Part shown: positions 58,819-64,000 of the stretch, piece after piece
Layout: each line of letters starts with the position of its first letter
Position numbering within the stretch: the stretch's first letter is position 1
From: a bacterium
GTDB taxonomy: Bacteria > UBA8248 > JACPRG01 > G963555815
NCBI GenBank assembly: GCA_965218795.1
Contig: OZ244653.1
Coordinates: forward strand, 5,056,001 to 5,120,000
DNA length: 64,000 nt
Direction: 5' to 3'
Position numbers and translations under genes: made by a program
The notes under the pieces: generated by a model
Told to the model about the DNA's origin: nothing
Databases searched by the model: none
What the model saw: only the letters and a program-made list of their open reading frames with translations

Positions 58819-59979
58819 CTACTGCGTCCTTCCCCTGGCGGTGACGGGCCAGACCGCTTCGACCCGGCCGTTCCGTTCGGCAAAGGCCTCGTCGTACAGG
58901 TTGACCGTCGGACAGATATGGGTCGGAATGATCCGCACCTTATCGCCGATCCGCATGCCTGATTTCTCCGGGACCCGAATGACCCCGTGTTCATCGGACA
59001 TGTCGGTGATGATGAATTCGGGGCGCCCCTGCACAATCCCGAGACCATCGGTATGCATCATCGTGCCTTCCGGCCGCAGGTCGATGCTCAGGGCCTTGGC
59101 TCCCGCGTCCATGATCAGACGGTCCGGTGCCGGACGGTTGACGACAGTTGCAAGAACAAACGCCGCGCACCAGTCACAGTGGCCAAGAATTCCGGCCATC
59201 GAGGCGTCACAGAAAATCGACGTTCCCACCCGGACCTCGTCGATGCCGGACGGATATCCGCCGTTCCCTCCGTCGAGCATGGCGCAGTAGAACGACGGCG
59301 TTGACCCAACGCTGACGCGACACGGCCCGCCGGTCGCCTCCCGGATGGCCTCGGCCGTTTCCACCATCAGCGTCTGCGCCCTTCGGGCCTCGGCCGCAAG
59401 GCCCTCGAGCGAACCCGCCGCGTAATCGTGCCCTTCGTGCGTGAAGATGCCGCGAAGCTGGACGCCGGGTGCGTTCCGGACCTGTTCGGCCACCTCGACG
59501 GCGGCCTGAACCGATGGCCGGCCCTGGCGGCCCTGTCCGGTATCGATCTCGATCATCACGTCCAGCGGCTCATTCTCGTGGACGAAGGCTCCGGAAAGAA
59601 TGTCTACATGGTCCGGAAGGTCCACTCCTACGCAGAGACGGCACTGCCGGGAGAGCGCGATCAACCGGCGAAGCTTCGGCTCCCCGACGATGACGTGGGC
59701 GATGAAGATGTCCGCGATGCCGTTGGCCGCCATCACCTCGGCCTCGCCGATCTTGGCGGCCGTGATCCCCACGGCTCCCCCGCCAATCTGCCGGTGTGCA
59801 ACGGGCGGCATCTTGTGAGTCTTGATGTGGGGGCGCAACTCGACACCGGCTTTCGCAGCCAGGGAGGCGGCCCGCCGAATGTTCTCTTCCATTGCGTCCA
59901 GGTCGATGATCAGCGCGGGGGTGTCGAGCGCAATCGCCCATCGGCCGATCATTGGGGAGGCGAAGCTCGAATGATTCAT
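58819..59979 (-). CDS. D-threonine aldolase/DSD1 family PLP enzyme
   Basis: LDTPALIID, RPHIKTHK, THEGH, GSTP, DAGAK, SDEHG, PTHICPTVNL. Confidence 0.9.
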   Translation of the reverse strand: MNHSSFASPMIGRWAIALDTPALIIDLDAMEENIRRAASLAAKAGVELRPHIKTHKMPPVAHRQIGGGAVGITAAKIGEAEVMAANGIADIFIAHVIVGEPKLRRLIALSRQCRLCVGVDLPDHVDILSGAFVHENEPLDVMIEIDTGQGRQGRPSVQAAVEVAEQVRNAPGVQLRGIFTHEGHDYAAGSLEGLAAEARRAQTLMVETAEAIREATGGPCRVSVGSTPSFYCAMLDGGNGGYPSGIDEVRVGTSIFCDASMAGILGHCDWCAAFVLATVVNRPAPDRLIMDAGAKALSIDLRPEGTMMHTDGLGIVQGRPEFIITDMSDEHGVIRVPEKSGMRIGDKVRIIPTHICPTVNLYDEAFAERNGRVEAVWPVTARGRTQ

Positions 59980-60025
59980 CGTGCGAGACCTGGGGATATC
60001 CTGCGATCAAGCCGAAGGTTCGGAA

Positions 60026-61003
60026 CTAGTGCGCCTCGACGCCCGGATAGTAAAGGTGCGGCTTGGCCTCATGGGCCTTGCCGATAATTTCTTCCACCGA
60101 ACCACAACCCCGTTCGGCCAGGTAATCTCGAATGCCGTCGATAATCTTCGGCATGACCATCGGGTCGTAAAAATTGGCCGTTCCGACCTGGAGGGCCCGG
60201 GCTCCCGCCAGGAGATACTCCAGGGCGTCCCGGGCGTTCTCGATACCGCCGCACCCGATGACCGGAGCGCCCAGCTTTTCCACGACCATCCACACGTGGC
60301 GGACGACCATGGGCCGAATGGCGGGACCGGATAGACCGCCCGTTGTGAAGCCCAGGATCGGTCTCTGTTCATCCACGTCGATGGACATCGCGGGGTAGGT
60401 GTTGCCGATGCAGAGCGCGTCCGCGCCTCCCTCCATGGCCGCGGAAGCCATTTCGACGATATCCGTCACGGCCGGTCCGAGCTTGGAGATGATGGGGATG
60501 CCCGCGGCCTCCCGGCACATCTTCGTCACCCGAAACATGGATTCCGCGCTGTTGGCGAAGGGGGCCGCCTCAGCGTGGTTCGGACAAGAGAGATCGAGCT
60601 CAATGGCGGCGATGCCTTCCTGTCCATTGAGCTTTTCAGACGCCCGTTGAAAATCCTCCTCCAGGAGGCCGCCAATGCTGGCGATGACGGCCGCTCCGGT
60701 TTGCCGCATGAATGGAAGCTGCTCGGCGATAAACTGCTCCGTCCCCTTGGAGGGGGTACCGATGGCATTGAGCATGCCCTCGGGGGTTTCCTGAACCCGA
60801 TCGGGAGAGTTTCCGGGCCGTGTCAGGTCCATAAAGGTCTTGTTGACGATCCCCCCCAGGATTCCCAGATCGTAGGCGTGGGCGAACTCGCGTCCGTAAT
60901 TGAAGCAGCCGGACGCCGGCATCACTGGGTTTTGGAGATGGATCCGCCCCAGATGGGTCTCCAGAGCGGGGGAGGGCGCGCCGTGATCGTTCCGATCGTT
61001 CAT
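60026..61003 (-). CDS. pyrD: dihydroorotate dehydrogenase family 1B catalytic subunit-like
   Basis: NPVMPASGCF, MLNAIG, LSCPN, GGLSGPAIRP, GA.ALQVGTA. Confidence 0.82.
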   Translation of the reverse strand: MNDRNDHGAPSPALETHLGRIHLQNPVMPASGCFNYGREFAHAYDLGILGGIVNKTFMDLTRPGNSPDRVQETPEGMLNAIGTPSKGTEQFIAEQLPFMRQTGAAVIASIGGLLEEDFQRASEKLNGQEGIAAIELDLSCPNHAEAAPFANSAESMFRVTKMCREAAGIPIISKLGPAVTDIVEMASAAMEGGADALCIGNTYPAMSIDVDEQRPILGFTTGGLSGPAIRPMVVRHVWMVVEKLGAPVIGCGGIENARDALEYLLAGARALQVGTANFYDPMVMPKIIDGIRDYLAERGCGSVEEIIGKAHEAKPHLYYPGVEAH

Positions 61004-61860
61004 GGGTGATTTCCCCAATCCAGAATCACGGACTCCGCTGGAAACGCGGGTCCCTCCATGCATACGAGACCATAGCGGAAGTTTCCGTCAGGTCCGAGGA
61101 GCGGTGCGGCGCAGCCCACACAGATGCCCGTTCCGCAAGCCATCCGGTACTCCAGGAAGATGTATCCGCGGACTCCGTTATCCGATGTGACCTCCTGAAC
61201 CAGCCGGCCCATGCGGCGGGAGCCGCAGGTGAAGAGAAAGCCAATCAGGCCCTGCCGGAGCCACTCGTCGACCACTTGGGCCGGTTGATCGGCAGAGTCA
61301 CCCGCTTCGTCCGTCGCTGTGACAATCTCCGCGCCGAGTTCACGGAGCGTTTCCACACCGAGCAGAAGTCGGTCTTCTCGTGCGGACACGAGCCCGTAGC
61401 AGGGTAGGCCGATGTCCTTGCATCCTTGGGCGATCCGAACCATGGGGGTCACGCCGGCTCCTCGGGCAATAAAACCGACGCCCGGCTTGCAGTCTTCGAG
61501 ATCCAGCCTCGCTCCGGCGGGTGCGACAACTTCGATCGGGTCGTCCGTACGCAAACCCGCGAGTTCAGCCGTCCCCTGGCCCTTGATCTTGATGAGAACC
61601 TCGAAAGTGCCTTGGTCCGGATGGGTCCGGTAGACGTCGAAAGGCCGCGGCAGGAGCATTCCGTCCCACTTCCCGGGTCGGAGCATGACGAACTGACCCG
61701 GTCCGGTCCACTGCGCCGCATGGGGCGCTTCGATCTCCAACAACCAATACTTTTCGGCGATGTGGTCCACCCGGACCATCCGGCCCGTTTCGGCCTTCCA
61801 ACGGGCTTCCGCCGGAAAGTCGTTGGGCGGGATTGAAATGGAGTGATTTGGTTCGGCCAC
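61000..61860 (-). CDS. pyrK: dihydroorotate dehydrogenase electron transfer subunit
   Basis: PGQFVML, LPRPF, MACGTGICVGC..VCMEGP (2Fe-2S). Confidence 0.82.
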   Translation of the reverse strand: MAEPNHSISIPPNDFPAEARWKAETGRMVRVDHIAEKYWLLEIEAPHAAQWTGPGQFVMLRPGKWDGMLLPRPFDVYRTHPDQGTFEVLIKIKGQGTAELAGLRTDDPIEVVAPAGARLDLEDCKPGVGFIARGAGVTPMVRIAQGCKDIGLPCYGLVSAREDRLLLGVETLRELGAEIVTATDEAGDSADQPAQVVDEWLRQGLIGFLFTCGSRRMGRLVQEVTSDNGVRGYIFLEYRMACGTGICVGCAAPLLGPDGNFRYGLVCMEGPAFPAESVILDWGNHP

Positions 61861-62121
61861 CTCATGACCCCCGAACAAGGAGAGGGACCTATGCCCCCTC
61901 GTACAAATTCCCTGAATGGATTGAAAAGCCTTTCATTGTGGATTTTTAGAGGGTTTCCGGAGGTCCGTCAAGCCATGCGGAAGCCGTTCACGGCGAAACC
62001 GGATAGACGTATCCATTGATTTTGTCTTCCGAATCCGGGTGGGGACCGCGTCATTGGAGGTAATGGCTATTTTTCGGATGGATCCAATCCAAATCCTGGA
62101 AAGCCTGAATCAGCGTCATGC

Positions 62122-62811
62122 TCAATCTTCAAAGATTCCCGACCCGCCGCTGAGGACAATGTTGAATTCTCCTTCTAGCTGGTCGGCGCCGTGGGTGGGG
62201 GAGCCATTCAACGCGACGATGATGGAATGTCGGGCCTTCTCATCTCGAATTCGGCGCAGCAGCCAGTCCCTGTCATTTCGAGGTTCGCCTTTTACGTACA
62301 TTTGGGTCGTTAGACGCCGAGAACCCCTGGCATGAACGGCGCAATGAATGTGCGGAGTACGGCCGGGATACGGCACTGGCTTGATCGTCCGGAATCGGTA
62401 TCGGCCGTCGGCATCCGTCAATGTTTGTCCATACCCCTGGAAATTACGGTCTCTGGGTCCACGGTTTCTGTCCTCGGAGTGGATATACCGGCCAAAGGCG
62501 TCGCATTGCCAGATTTCGATTCGTGCTTGGCGAATGGGACGGCCGTCTGTGTCTCGAACCCGCCCGAGGATGTGAGTCACCTGCCCCTTCGCCAGGTCGG
62601 AACGCCCCTTGACGCTCAACAGGTCATTATCCCGATCCAGAGGAAGAAGATCAGGGTAAAAGGGACCTTCTGTCTGACGAGGAGTGGGGGTGAACGCGGG
62701 AGCGCTGACGGCATTTTTCGGCGGGAGTACAATTCGTCCCGCCATCGCCGCTCCGGTGAGCAGAAATCCTCTGCGGGAGAGGACTCGCGAGGGGTTGGCA
62801 TTTATCGCCAA
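62122..62811 (-). CDS. intradiol ring-cleavage dioxygenase family protein with Tat signal
   Basis: SRRGFL; EGPFYP, EIWQCDA.GRY, YPGRTPHIH. Confidence 0.88.
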   Translation of the reverse strand: MAINANPSRVLSRRGFLLTGAAMAGRIVLPPKNAVSAPAFTPTPRQTEGPFYPDLLPLDRDNDLLSVKGRSDLAKGQVTHILGRVRDTDGRPIRQARIEIWQCDAFGRYIHSEDRNRGPRDRNFQGYGQTLTDADGRYRFRTIKPVPYPGRTPHIHCAVHARGSRRLTTQMYVKGEPRNDRDWLLRRIRDEKARHSIIVALNGSPTHGADQLEGEFNIVLSGGSGIFED

Positions 62812-62854
62812 GCCGTCATCTCCTCGGATAGAGGGATTTTCGTTCTCGGTTCAT

Positions 62855-64000
62855 TCACCGCAATCTCGGGAGCTTGCTTCCGAGCCCTTTCCAATCAGGA
62901 TAAGCATCGTCGTGGGCGGCCTTTACGTCCAGAATGCACGGGCGACCCGAAGCCAGCGCCCTCTTGAAAGCCGGGACGACCTGCCGGGGGGATTCCGCAC
63001 GTAATCCCAGCCCGCCCATGGCTTCCGCCAGGGCGGCGAAATCCTGGACGGGCGTCTTGTCCTCGAACGTCCGTCCGAAACCTTCGAGCTGAAACTGATG
63101 CACCATGCCGAAGTGGGCGTCGTTCATCACGACCAGAACCACTCCCAAATCGTGGCGGACGAGAGTCGGGAAATCCGATAAGGACATCCACAGGCTTCCG
63201 TCACCTATGATTGCGGCGACGGGAAGCCCGGGATGGCAGTATTTGGCCGCCGCCGCTCCCGGCAGGGCAAATCCCATTCCGCTCCAGACGCCCGAATGCT
63301 GGAAGTAGTTTGCATGCGGCGAAGGCGTCAGTTTCCAGGCCCAGTAGCTGGCGTGGCACACGTCACAGACAAGAATTCCTTCCTCCGGCAGGGTTTTCAG
63401 AATCTCGTTGATCGCCCATCCCTGGTGGATACGCCCGCGAGGTCTGCGTGAGCCGACCCTTGCCTGATTCAGAAGATACCGAAGGACGGCTTGGCGGCCT
63501 TTGCCGACAACCTCTTCCGTCCATCGCGAGGCTCCTCCGCTCTTTATCTTGACCGACTCCAGGAGACTCGCAAGCCCTCGCCCGAGATGCCCGTTTTCCG
63601 AAATCCGGGCGTCCGCCAGCCGTTGCGCTTTCACGTCGGTCCCGATGAAGTATTTGACCGAGTCCTGCGAGACGGACACAATCTGATGCCAGAAGGCGCT
63701 CTCCGCGCGAAGGCCCGCGGCCAGCACCGCGTCCGCAGACCCGAGGACGGATTTTACCCAGGGATCCGTGCTCCAGAAGCAGAGGTACCCCGCGTACCAG
63801 GGGTTTCGTGAGGGCACGACACCCAGGGCATCCCGGGTCGCCACGACCGGCGCCCGCAGGGAATTCGCCAGAGCAGCCAGCTCATCTCCCGCGTCGTCGC
63901 GCAACACTCCCTTTCCCGCGACGATGACGGGGCGGCGGGACCGAAGAAGGCCGTGCGCAATGCTTTTCAGGTTCTCCGGATCCGGTCTTTGGGGTCGGAC
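62855..64000 (-). CDS. thiamine pyrophosphate-binding protein (acetolactate synthase-like), 5' end outside window
   Basis: GMGFALPGA, IIGDGS...MND..FGMV. Confidence 0.85.
   Translation of the reverse strand, partial: VRPQRPDPENLKSIAHGLLRSRRPVIVAGKGVLRDDAGDELAALANSLRAPVVATRDALGVVPSRNPWYAGYLCFWSTDPWVKSVLGSADAVLAAGLRAESAFWHQIVSVSQDSVKYFIGTDVKAQRLADARISENGHLGRGLASLLESVKIKSGGASRWTEEVVGKGRQAVLRYLLNQARVGSRRPRGRIHQGWAINEILKTLPEEGILVCDVCHASYWAWKLTPSPHANYFQHSGVWSGMGFALPGAAAAKYCHPGLPVAAIIGDGSLWMSLSDFPTLVRHDLGVVLVVMNDAHFGMVHQFQLEGFGRTFEDKTPVQDFAALAEAMGGLGLRAESPRQVVPAFKRALASGRPCILDVKAAHDDAYPDWKGLGSKLPRLR

Overview
GC-rich bacterial chromosomal segment made mostly of housekeeping and metabolic genes: uvrA, mreB-like, dinB, mnmA, leuA, mazG, mutL, guaA, dnaE, glgC, lipB, exbBD, queC, pyrKD and tRNA-Val(CAC). 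No CRISPR array, prophage or intact transposase was seen. A secreted ankyrin protein, about 8 decayed genes and many intergenic palindromes suggest a host-associated organism, possibly a sponge symbiont; that is an inference. Most notable: (1) two NrdR-box matches 31 bp apart in the divergent mazG/mutL promoter, with no RNR gene nearby; (2) a lower-GC Dam-type methylase plus winged-helix-like/HNH nuclease cassette directly after mutL; (3) a family of nested GTCATTCC-GC...GGAATCCA palindromes carrying variable inner hairpin cassettes, joined in two inverted copies to an IS481 right-end remnant; (4) an AT-rich DnaA-box cluster at about 25.0-25.2 kb (oriC candidate); (5) an orphan promoter-hairpin-terminator unit at about 30.8-30.9 kb. 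All calls come from reading the sequence by eye; no searches were run, and start codons are best guesses.
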